Assembly (NCBI RefSeq): GCF_052425735.1
Contig: NC_135770.1
Location: 5,704,001 to 5,768,000, forward strand
Direction of reading: 5' to 3'
DNA length: 64,000 nt
Origin: Oculina patagonica
Taxonomy: Eukaryota
The translations under genes were made by a program, and so were the position numbers. Positions 37,724 to 49,400 of this stretch are shown here, piece after piece; the stretch's first letter is position 1; each line of letters opens with the position of its first letter. Under the pieces are notes generated by a model. It searched no databases. It was not told where the DNA came from and saw nothing but the letters and a program-made list of their open reading frames with translations.

Positions 37724-38130
37724 CCGTATTTATTCGATTAAGCGCCCTGGGCGCTTATTAAATTTTTTGACCTTGAGAGTGGGCGCTTATTCGAGGTGGG
37801 CGCTTATTCGAGGCTGGGCGCTTATTAAATTTTCACCATTTCTCGCAAGTAGTGAGTTTATTTCACAACAATACAATGAAAATAATAAAACTGTTCATTG
37901 AAAGTTTCTGTAAAATACTAAGAAAACTTGGTCTTCAGGGAAGTCTCTTAGTAGTACTAAGTCAATTTCAATCTCAATTTCAATAATAATCAAAGTACTC
38001 CTCTTGTGCTCTTCAGGGGGTGGGCGCTTATTCGAGGCTGGGCGCTTATTAACTTTTTCTGCCTACAGGGTGGGCGCTTATTCGAGGTGGGCGCTTATTC
38101 GAGGTTGGGCGCTTAATCGAATAAGTACGG
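37724..38130. mobile_element. Tc1/mariner-type MITE (CCGTA..TTATTCGATTAAGCGCC termini, TA TSD)
   Basis: TIRs and internal gggcgcttattcgagg repeats. Confidence 0.8.
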
Positions 38131-40827
38131 TAGTTTATAGTTTGCAAAAATACTTACAAGTCTTTTAGAGCTGGCTATTATTGTCTATTTTTAGAGGATT
38201 TTATCATTTGTCCCTTTTATGGTGTATTTGATTTAATGAAAACTCGGTTTGAACTTTTTTCTATTCGGAAGAAATGCGATGCAATCCTAATTTGTAAAAG
38301 AAACAAGTTTAGACAATAATTAGTTTGTAAGAAGAAACAGCTATTATTTGCAACTGTGACAGTGGTTGTAAGGAATTTTGACGGTGTCAAGCTATTGTTA
38401 AAACTATTACTGTTTCTCATATTAAAGAGTAATCCTACACACTGTGCACTTGTTCTAACATTTTATTCACACAGAAAATGGGCTTTTATAATTTGTCAAT
38501 CAATGTAAACAACATAGGACCTAGTAAGTGTTTCAATGACATTTATGGTTTACATGAATTACATCCCAGCTATTGATTTGTTATTCGAACAAGTACCAGT
38601 AATGACAACTCAAAAGCACTAGAACAGTAAAATCAACAATTTGAGAACATTTGAAATTCACTTAAGGAACGTTTATTTTATATGGAGGGGGTGGGTGGGT
38701 GGAAAATGTTAAAGGGGATATATTGGGGGGTGGGCTCAGAAAAAAGTGTTGAAATTACAAAGGGTGGGAGGCATGATTTTTTTTCATTGATATGAACAGA
38801 GTTCTTTTTAACCTGAAAAAAAATAAATAAAAAATGAGTTTCCAGTATAATTTAACACAAACATTGTATAATTTGGTTTAATAAACTGAACTGTTAGTAA
38901 CATACTTCTTTTTTCCCACCAAACACAATATTCAATAACATCTGACAACACAACACTTGCAAAAAACAATTTAAAGTTAGGTATTAAAAGATACAAATCA
39001 GTAAAATCACTGTTTCTGAACAGGTCCGTGACAAACTACACCTGCAAGGTTAACAGTTTTTTTTTAAAACTGGGGAAGTTATCCTGTTAAAAATATGTAT
39101 TGCGATGTTTCGACTGCAATACTGCTAGCATGGTCTTCATCAGGCGATGAGGTCGATTGTTTACGCTAGGCTATTTATGCACGTTGGTTCACTGCTTCCT
39201 TGTTGTCAAGGAGAGAGGACAAGGCAAAAACTCTGTGCTCATTTTACAAAGCTATGTTTAGTGGGCTTTTGTAAATTTTTGGATGATTTTTGGGGATGTT
39301 TGGAAAGAGATAGTTTTCCTCAAAGGCTTAGTAAAATTGGGAGAAATATTAAATATTTAATGTGATTTTAAAATTAGAATTTGAAGTTAAGAATTACAAA
39401 CAGCAGCTAAAGAGAAACAAACTGCCTTCACACTTCGCTTTGTTTGCCCAAAGTGATGTCTTAGTCGGCTAGTTATTCAACTTGTGTGGTATATATTAAA
39501 ACAATTATTCACCTCAGTGTTGGTGAATAATTGTTAATTATTATAAAGTCTCAAATACAATAGTCACGTGTGATTCTCTTCACTTGATCATCCTTTCTAC
39601 CAACAGTTTGGTGTTGGCTAGTTGCCAATAACGGCTACAAGAAAGCCTATAAATACTGACAATATCAACTAGGGACTAAGAATGGGATGTAATTTAGTAT
39701 GCCTTTAGTGCCAAAAAATCCATGCTCCCCCCCCCTCCCCCCCCAAGAACATAAAAAAAAAACAGAAAAGGGATTGGATAAATGCAGAAAGAAGAAAGGG
39801 TAAAGGGGGGTTTAAGGGGTTATTTACTGGAGCTACATAACATATAAATTACAGAGGTATTGAAAATTGTAATGCATAGCTATTTCTAAAGCAAACCTAC
39901 ATGTCAAAAATAATTGCTTTCTTTAATTCAATATTGTTTGGTTCAAGTTCAGAAGTTTCTAAATTTCCATTTAAATATTGAATATTGGTATTATTAATGA
40001 CAAAATATATTTTTTACAATTTCTCACAAGGCAAATAAAGTTGTATTTTGAGTGGTGTGACAAAAAAGATTCATAAGTGCACCATTTTAATTTCAAACCA
40101 GACAAATGCTATTATTGACTGAAATTTACATATATCCAATAATTATAATCAACCAAAACAGCATATTGAAATTGAAATCCTGCTGCTTAATTATATAAAC
40201 TGCAGTCAATTATCTCAAACCTACAGTTGAATAATTGCATTATTTAGTAGCAGATTGGATAATTTCCATTTAAAAAACAAAGCAATAGTGGATTGACGTG
40301 GAAAGTTAGGTTACAACTTGGGGCACAAGATGGGGCACAATTACTTACATTTTCTGGGGCCCTATATAGTGAAGTCAAAAGCCACCTATGTTCAAGGCCC
40401 AGGGGGGTACTCGAAGTATACATGATGGGGGGTCCGACATATTTTTTTGGGTTGAAAATTTACACACTCGGTATTTTTTTGGGTCAAGGGATCGGTTACG
40501 TATTTTTTTAGGTCTTATCTCCGAGTGAACTTTTCATTTAGGGATTTTGTTGGGATCAGTGGATCAGAAAAATATTCATTCTAACTTTTTTCAGTATTGA
40601 GGTATTTAAGTCTTGTATTTTTTGGGTTGGAATTTTTGATGCCAGGTATTTTTGGGGGTCTTAAATTTCAGGCTTGTGTATTTTTTTGGGGTTGCAATAT
40701 GAAGCTCTGTCGGACCCCCCGTCATGTATACTTCGAGTACCCCCGCTGGGGATCAAGGTGCTCTGCAATGTTTTTGAAGCATCATACACTACATGTTTCT
40801 GAGACATCACCAGTTTGCCTTAGAGAG

Positions 40828-43800
40828 TTAAGTACATCTTTCCCACTGCCACTCAATTGCACCTTCATTGACGAAGTAATCCGAGAACGCCTCCCTTATC
40901 CGTTTTGCCTCTGTGGTGGCATTATGTCCCCTTGAAGGAACCTGCAGGGGGAGAAAGGTTTCGGATGCAACGTCTTGTCTCCATAGACCAGGCACCAGTT
41001 TGCCATCTTCACTTTCTGTGTCGCTTAAACCAGCTGGGAAGTAGACGTCTTTCGAGGAGCTGCGTTTGAGAAAGTTATGAAGGGTCAAGGTTGTCATAAC
41101 TACCACTTCGATTGTTTCAGGTGGTACTTGCATGATTGATTTGAATACCAAAAAACGGTTTGCCAGGATTCCAAAAAGGTTTTCGGAGATTCTTCTTGCA
41201 CGGCTGTGGCGGTAATTGTACACCCTTTTCTGTATGTCAAGCCCATGCTGAGGAAATGGTTTCATTAAGTGTGGTTTTAATGCAAATGCATCATCACCAA
41301 CTAGGACATGAGGTAGTGGTTCTGATCCATTGGGAAGGCATCTGGGTGGTGGAAGTGGAAGACTGCCATCTTCTATGACTTTTGCTAGGCCACACTTATT
41401 CCAGACACCCCCATCAGAAATCCGGCCATTTGTTCCTACATCCGCATACAGGCACTGGTATTCTGGACCAGCCACAGCCATTAGTACAACTGAATGGCTG
41501 TGCTTGTAATTGAAGAAATAGGAGCCTGCATTAGGCGGTGGCTGCATGATGATATGCTTGCCATCGATGGCTCCAATGCAGTTGGGAAACTGCCATTTCT
41601 GCTGAAATTTATCGGCAATTGCTCGCCATTCCTCAGGAGAAGATGGCACTCGTAGAAATTGAGGCCCTAGATGCTCGACAATTGCAGAACAAACTTCCAT
41701 GATGATATACGAAATTGCGGCCCTGGAGATTCGAAACTGAAAACTAAGGGATCTAAATGTTTCTCCTGTGACCAAATATCTCAATGTTACTGCCAGCCGT
41801 TCTGGTGCAGTGACCACCTTGTTACCACCCAAAATCTGCTGTGGGGTAATGTCAGCTTCAATGTACCTTGAACAAATCAAACAAACAAAGATCTCATTCA
41901 AATGGACTGTGAAATTTTCTAGGATGACTCAATGGCTTTATACATATAATCAAGCTCAAAATAAACACACTTTCATGAATTTTTTTCTTCACACAAATCA
42001 GACCATCAGAATTTAATCATTTGTCTAAATAAATGCTGCTATTAATTACATTTTACAGGCAATTTTTTTATTTAATGTTTCATTTCAAACTTTGTTTTTT
42101 GATTATTTAAGCCAAGGAAGTAGTTCCAAGGCTGTGGGGGCAAGATAAAAAGGAAATTAATTCAGTTATCCACATAAAAATATCTTAAGTATTACGGTAA
42201 GCAACGTCAAAACGGTTTGACCTAAGTTGAGGGTGGTAAAGGGTATTTTTGGTGACGTGTGATCGGCCCTTTTTATTTTGAGTGAAATGTAAAATGGCTA
42301 GTTTCCCTCGTGAATTGTGATTGCCATAGTAGCTGTAAACCGTGATTTTCGAAAACGTTCTCTTAATTTTATGTGAAATGCCAATATTATATTTTTCGTG
42401 AATCGTGAAAGGGCCATTTTATTTTCCGTGAAACCCTCAAACATGATCTTTATCCCCCCTTACCACCCTAATTTAGCTGATTTCATTCTTTTCTTCAATA
42501 TGAGTTAAATGGTTCTCAGATGTTCAGATGTTGGGTTGATTATTGTCTGGCTTCACATGACAGGCATGTGGGAATTTGGACATTTGAACATTTCAAATGG
42601 TCTACCGAAGAGGCTCAAGAATGCTACTGGCAGATCGAGGAAATTGGTAAAAATTTTGTTGCCTCGATCAGTTTTTTAATGCAAGTTTATGTGATTGTTT
42701 TTTGAATTCTAATAGGCCTGCAGTCGTGTGATGCCATAAACTGAGTTTTTAAATATAGAAGCCCTTTCAGCATTGAAATATTCGAGAATAGAAGACTGAA
42801 GCAAAGAGAAAAAGAATCGAATTTCTAGTTCCTCGTGCAACCTAGTGGGCGTATCAACACCTTCGTTCCGCAGTCCGCAGTCCGCAGTCCGCGGTCCTTA
42901 TTTTATATCGACAGGACGAGAAACATGGCGGCCATTACTCGACCTTTCGACGGCTGATCTCCGAGAGTAAGCAGGTTCTTTTTTCCTTTTAGGGTGAGTA
43001 AAAAAATAAAATTCAGGATGGACCATGGGGTAGGCCAGGGGATGGGCCATGGCCTAGCCAAGGTTTTGTACACCCTACGTGCCCCCTACGTCATACGTGT
43101 AAATTACAAAATGCCAAAATTCTTGCACTCGAAAAACTGTTTTAAACATCCGCAGTCTGATATCCTTTTTGAAATTTATAGCATGTAGCGGCGAATTTTA
43201 TGTAAAATGGGATTTGCTTGAACTGTAAAAATGGCAATAATTAGATTGAAGTCATTGAATTTCGACGGCGCGAACACGATTCGATAAACTTATTTAGACA
43301 AGACAATTCAACGTCGCGTTTTAATATCAACACCCCTCTCATAAATGAAGGTTTTAATCGTATAAAAGGCCATTTAAAACTAACTGGGGTCTAAGGAGCT
43401 CTGGTTTTAGGCCTGTCGAAATCTTTTACATGAAAAATGAATGGATTTGCAGACTGGCGTGACTAAATGTGCAAATGTTACCAAAATGAACTTTTGTTTA
43501 TAATAGGTTCCTGTCTTTCTTTGCTTGTAATTTTGTCATATGCGACAAAAAAACCTTAACACCGCTTAACGGTAAATATCACTGTTTATCTGGGTTATGT
43601 GATAGCTGATTTACCTGAGAATCGTGTGGAAATCTGCAAGTTTCATTCGGAACATTTCCCTGTATCCCGCTACGTCTTCTATCATCAACTCCTGGACGAT
43701 GTTAGCGAAATACCCCTTCTCGTGTCTCCTCTTAATCCATTGTCGTGTTTTTCCTCTTTTTGCCTCACTTTCTTCACTTGCTAGTAGTAGCGCTACTGAT

Positions 43801-43853
43801 GATATTGCTAAAATGCGCCGACGCCGACGCCGAAACAGCTCATACTCCTCCAT
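40828..43853 (-). CDS. Harbinger (HARBI1-like, DDE_Tnp_4) transposase; exons 43853-43615 and 41866-40828, ~425 aa
   Basis: ERLAVTLRYL.TG, FPNCIGAIDGKH, D.G.NGR.SDGG, GDDAF.L, NYRHSRARRISEN.FGIL motifs; an AG|GTAAAT donor and ttcaAG acceptor join in frame (phase 2). Confidence 0.88.
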
Positions 43854-46149
43854 ATTGGATACAATCAGCCCACGCTCGCGCCAGACATACGCGACAGATG
43901 TTGCGTGATGTTGCGTGCGTTTGGCCAGCTGCTTCGCAACATCTCACAACATGACCCAACAATGTTGCGATATGTTGCGTTGAAATGTTGCGATCGTTTG
44001 GCCGGGCCTTAAGATCCGAGTCCTTTCAAGGGTAATATAATACAGTCTCAAAGCATTGTGAGTTATTTCAGTTTTTCAAGCTCCCCTTAGCTTGGGTGAT
44101 GAGATTTGTACAAAAACGGCAAATCGAATGATTTCAAATAATTCGACGAGACTTTAGGAGCAACTGATGAGTTCCACTGAAGAACCGAAACTCGAGTCTT
44201 GCTTAAGAATAAAATAACCGGCACGCATACATGCATGCACAGGCGATGACGCTTTACAATGATCCCAGAAATTGCATTTTTCTTATTCATTTTAATTTTT
44301 ATTTGCCTTGACTACAAAACGAACCTCCAATACATTACAAACGTACAGTATGATAAGATAAATACATTAAATCATTATGAACTTCGTCATTTAGCAACAG
44401 AAAGGCCCAGGATTGATTTCCACACCTAGTCGATACTGAAGATTGTGTGACACTACCGTATTGAAATGGTCTGAAATGTAATGAAGTCAACACCGCTTAC
44501 TAGAAATAGGGTAGAAGTTCTTTCTTAATTTCTTAATTCTTAATTCTGGCTTCTCGTACAAATAGGAATACGGATACCGTCACTGTTTTGTTTTTAATGG
44601 CTTGAGATAAATACCCGAATAAATATTATCAAAAGCAGTAAAATGAAGATGGCGAGTCACGAAGGGAAAAGAAAAGAAAAGAAAATTAACTTAAACTTAA
44701 ATATTATCGACAACAATGCACGTCAAAGCAAACAAAGATTTCAGATAGCTCACCTGTGCAATCTAATCAAGATACTGCTGCCATCGGTCTCCCTTTTGGA
44801 AAGGTTTCAAAAGTTATGACACTAACCGGCCTTCACTCGTCAAATTCAACATCAGTCAAGTTAGTCTGCCATCACGTATGCCGACTTCGAATACACGTAT
44901 AACGGTAGAAAAGTTCTTTAAGCGAGCTCACAATTATCCAGTACATCATTCTCCCTTGAACCCAAAACTCTGTTTAACTGTACGTTAGAAATCAAACGCG
45001 TTTTGCCGATGGATGCTCTTAAAGTTGATTCAGTACTCATGACAATCAAAGATGGCGTACCAAAACTGAGTAAACAACAAAGTGCCTAGTTCCCAGTGCT
45101 ACTCGGTTGGAGTAATCGTAACATTGCCCGTCCACGGGCCACAGCATATAGGCGTTGCGTCACCGCCTAATAATTGCCAGAAGAGATCATCGTTACCGCA
45201 TCCTGGAGACTTCAAATGCAGTAATCAAACTGTAATAGAATTTATTTGTTGGATGCAAGTAACGAGACAAAACGAATGAAAAAAAATGGAGGCAGTTAGT
45301 TGAGTTCCAAAACGCAAATCTCAACCAATACTTTTACCGAAACAGCTCAAAGGGAGTAGTGTTTGGCCTAACAGACATGTATTCAACATGCAAGCACGTC
45401 GTGTCACGTGAGATCAATATCTCATTTGACCTTTATTAATCTTCAAGCTTTTTCGCGTTTTCAAGATTTTTTTTCGCGTTTTTCAAGATTTTTCGCGTTT
45501 TTCAAGGTTTTTTTCGCGTTTTTCAAGATTTTTCGCGTTTTTCAAGATTTGTCACTGTTTTCAAGATTTTTTCGTGTTTTTCAAGATTTTTCACTTTTTT
45601 CAAGATTTCTCTCGTTTTTCAAGATTTTTGTTTTTCAAAATTTCATGTCACTTTTCAAGATTTTATGTATTTTTTCAAGATTTCATGTAACTTTTCAAGA
45701 TTTTATGTATTTTTTCAAGATTTCATGTAACTTTTCAAGATTTGTATTTTTTCAAGATTTCATGTAAGTTTTCAAGATTTTAACGCATGATACTCATCGT
45801 ACACCGATATTGAATGATTTTAGTTCGTAATTGGAACGGCGGGTGTTGGAATTAAAAACAAATGTTTCTAAATTTAAGTTTGTTTGGCGAAATAACAGAA
45901 GAAAACACACGCGCCATCGTCTGGCGGGAGTCAAGGTCTCAGTCATCCATTTTCAATAAACTTCCTTAAGTTTTTAGCGTTCGTTTGTGGCCAGAATTTG
46001 AAAATCTGCTATAAGTTAGTCTAGTAAGTCTAGTAAGCCTGATGGCAAACACTGTTATATAAGCTATGACATCCTGACCCTCAAGTTGAAAAAAAAAACT
46101 ATAAAAAAAAATCAAGAGCGTAATTTCATAATAAAGATAAGATGTTCTA

Positions 46150-46370
46150 CATGACACGAGCGTGGGACAAAGAAAAATTCTGAGTCCCCGACGGGAATCG
46201 AACCCATGGCCTCCCAGATACCGGTTGGGCGCTCTAACCAACTGAGCTACGAGAGACTCGTTGTGAGCTGGGCCATTTTACTTGGTTGATATGTGACACG
46301 CGTCCTGCATACTGCTAGGATCAGCAACGTGGAAATCATCAAGCTTGTAGTAAATAATAAAGATGGTAAA
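46150..46370 (-). mobile_element. tRNA-derived SINE-like element
   Basis: Same sequence as 820-928, with A and B boxes. Confidence 0.7.
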
Positions 46371-46434
46371 TTTTTATTTACTGTATTGAAATTTCAAACA
46401 CAAAACTGACTTGCACGAATAACATTCTCCTTTT

Positions 46435-46440
46435 TTTATT
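46435..46440 (-). terminator. Putative WDR25 polyadenylation signal AATAAA
   Basis: 35 nt downstream of the WDR25 stop codon. Confidence 0.5.
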
Positions 46441-46475
46441 AAACCTGTTGTTTACTAGATTGTGGTACATCTAAG

Positions 46476-49400
46476 TTATGTCCAAACTTTAACCTTTCCA
46501 TCCCACCCACAGCTTGCTACACAGCTGGGTAGGGTGGGGTGGTAAGCGACATCCATACATGGCGCAGAGTGAGCGTCTAGTGTCCTTATCACACGAGATG
46601 TAAAATGATCGTAGAAAAAGATTTTCCCGTCCGCTGAGCCAGAGGAAACTATTCTACCATCAGGGCTGAAATCGCATCCAATATGATAACCACTCACCTG
46701 AAAACAAACAAATTACAGTTAAACCTCTCTAATACGGACACTGAAGGGAGAGGGCAAAGTGTCCGTATTAGAGCGGAATCCCAAACCAAAAAATGGGGAT
46801 GGGACTGGGATTTGAGCAAAATTAAGGCTGGCAAATGGGATTTATACCCCGTTAAGGGTTAAGGTCCCTCAAAAAACGTTTATATATTTTACAAGTTGAA
46901 TAAACAGTAACCGCATGTAGAGTAAAATAACAAAATGAACAAAGCGTTGTTGTAACTACAAACAGACAAACTATCACTACCTGATCATCGGAGTGTCCGT
47001 TTTAAAGAGGTTAAGTTTATATGAATTTGCTTTCAAAAGTCTGGGATTTAGTTTCCATGGTCTGTATTAGAGAGGTTCCGAATCATAAAGGGTTTTTTTT
47101 AAAATAAAATGTGAGAATTTTGTCGGGATATCCGAAATTGTCCGTAATAGAGGGTTAAGTTTATATTAATTTGCTCCCTGGGGCCGAGATTTAGTTTCCG
47201 TTGTCTGTTTTAGAGAGGGTCCGCACTAAAGAGGTTTTTTAAAAGAATGTGAGAATTTTGTCGGGATATCCGAAATTGTCCGTAATAGAGGGTCAAGTTT
47301 GTATTAATTTGCTCCCTGGGGCCGAGATTTAGTGTCCGTTATCTGTTTTAGAGAGGGTCCGCACTAAAGAGGTTTCCGTAAGAAGAGGTTCGATTGTACC
47401 AATGAGGTGTTACAAAATACAGAAAGACCATTGCTGTTATATCGTCGCAATAATTTAGCCTACCGAAAAACAGTTTTGGTTTGAAAAACAAATCCACGCA
47501 ACTGCTAAAATTTCGCAATCTTAAAATTAAAATGTTCCTCACAACGAATAAGAGACTTAACACTAAACGTCCACAGTACAGGAAAGGACGACCTGGCCTG
47601 GTAACGAGCCTTACTCATCTCGCGCGCGCTGCGTCATAAACGCTTATTGTGACGTCAAGCTCTCACTTTGCTCTTTTCGCGGAAAGAATGTGCGTTTTTC
47701 GCGAGAAGAAACACGTTCTGTTGTGAGCACGAAGTTGGTATTTTCGCTTACGGCGCTGTCGATTTTCTTGTTGTTATCATACCTTGCATATCCTGTTCAA
47801 CGAGACGGTAAGATTTGTTCGCGTTTTTACGAGTTTTTCTTTCTTTCCTTTTTTCCGACTCACTCTTCAAACTTTTAAACCCAAGAATCTAGAAATTATT
47901 CGTGCGTCCTTCTCGTAAAGAAAATTATTTTAGAACATTTCATGTAGTTTTTTCACGCCGATAGGAAAAAAGATACAAGCGTCTAAGAACAAGCAGTTCT
48001 TTTCCGATGACAAAGTTTCTTTTTATTTTTATTTTTCATTTTTCAGAAAACCAAACATCTCTGGTTGCCATGGTAGTATTCCAGGGTGTTACGCGCGTGC
48101 GTTCGTTTTCATTCTTTTCAAGCGCGCGCTTTAACGGTTACTCGACATAAAGGCCCGGTAATACGGGCAACAAATTTGTGTTTAAAAGGCCCGGTAATAC
48201 GAGCAACATTTTTGTTCAACTTGTCTCGCAACATTGTTGCATTGCAAGTTGAACAAGTTGTTGCCCGTATTACTACCGCGCGCTCAACTTGTCTCGCAAC
48301 AAATTTTGGTGTTGCAAGTTGCAGCAACATGTTGCACAAAGTAGAACCGAGTTCTACTTTTTGCAACAATTGTTTTCAACTTGCAACACCAAAATTTGTT
48401 GCGAGACAAGTTGAGCGCGCGGTAGTAATACGGGCAACAACTTGTTCAACTTGCAATGCAACAATGTTGCGAGACAAGTTGAACAAAAATGTTGCTCGTA
48501 TTACCTGGCCTTGGGCCCGTTTCTCGAAGGTCCCGAAAAGTTTTCGCACCCGGAAAGCCATAGCAAAATCCTAAACACTTATGATTACAAAGTTGTTTTA
48601 TTCACATATTTTTAACATGAACAGAAGGTCCCTTCATACAAAATTTCAGGCCAATACACTTCTTCGTTCTTAAGATACAGTTGTTTAAAAATGGCTTTGC
48701 GGGCCCGTTAAGTTACCGGGGCTTTCGAGAAACGGGCCCCTTGACGCATTGTTTTCATTATAAAATGCTCATCTAATTTGTCGCTCTTAAAATGTCATTC
48801 TCAATCTCATTTATATTTCATCAAATTTAAACAAAGGAACATCATGACCGTGAAGGAGGTTTGGATACCCGGTCTTATTTAGCATAGATTTTTACCTTGT
48901 GGCCCTCGTATCTCTTAAACTTGTTCAGCTTGTAAGGTTTTCTTGTTGAGAACAAAGCAATGTAGTCTCCGTTTGACTGCGCCACAAAGTGAGATTCAGT
49001 CGGGTGAACCTTTAAACAAGTACAGGTAAATGCTTCCTGAAAGAAGAAAAAGATATCAGCACTAGATAGCAAAAGATTCTTCCATGTTTTTGGTTTTTGT
49101 TTTTATCTGTTTGTTTGTTTGTTATTGTTATTGTTGTTGTTGATTTCACTGTAGATTCATGATTAAAAATAAAAAAACGTTTCTCTGGTTAAAAATTGTT
49201 ATGAAGTGTTCGTAAAAAGATCAAAATGTTGGCAAAGTAGTGGAAATTTAATAATAAACCCTGCTGTAACGAGCACCTTAAAATGAGTAAAATGGCCAAG
49301 TTTAACAGCCATAGAGCAATTTTTGATTGAGTGTTGTAAAACCAAAACCACAGTTATCACTCTGGCTAATCACAAAAGGACACAGATAAGCCAGTAAACC

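Larger units (their letters stand above)
36481..44009. mobile_element. PIF/Harbinger DNA transposon, two convergent genes, apparently intact
   Basis: TIR AGGCCCGGCCAAACGATCGCAACATTT at both ends; TAA TSD (36478-36480, 44010-44012); encodes a MADF-like protein and a transposase. Confidence 0.92.
35576..45806. mobile_element. Foldback-type element with ~500-bp inverted ends built from 18-20-bp aaaatcttgaaaaacgcg arrays; 6-bp direct repeat ATATTG
   Basis: cggtgtacgatgagtatcatgcgttaaaatcttg at 35578 vs caagattttaacgcatgatactcatcgtacaccg ending 45806; inner inverted block 36012-36070 / 45360-45422; atattg at 35570-35575 and 45807-45812. Confidence 0.8.

Noticed and set aside
48086-48574. Mirror-image ORFs on both strands
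   Set aside because: Artefact of the palindromic MITE.
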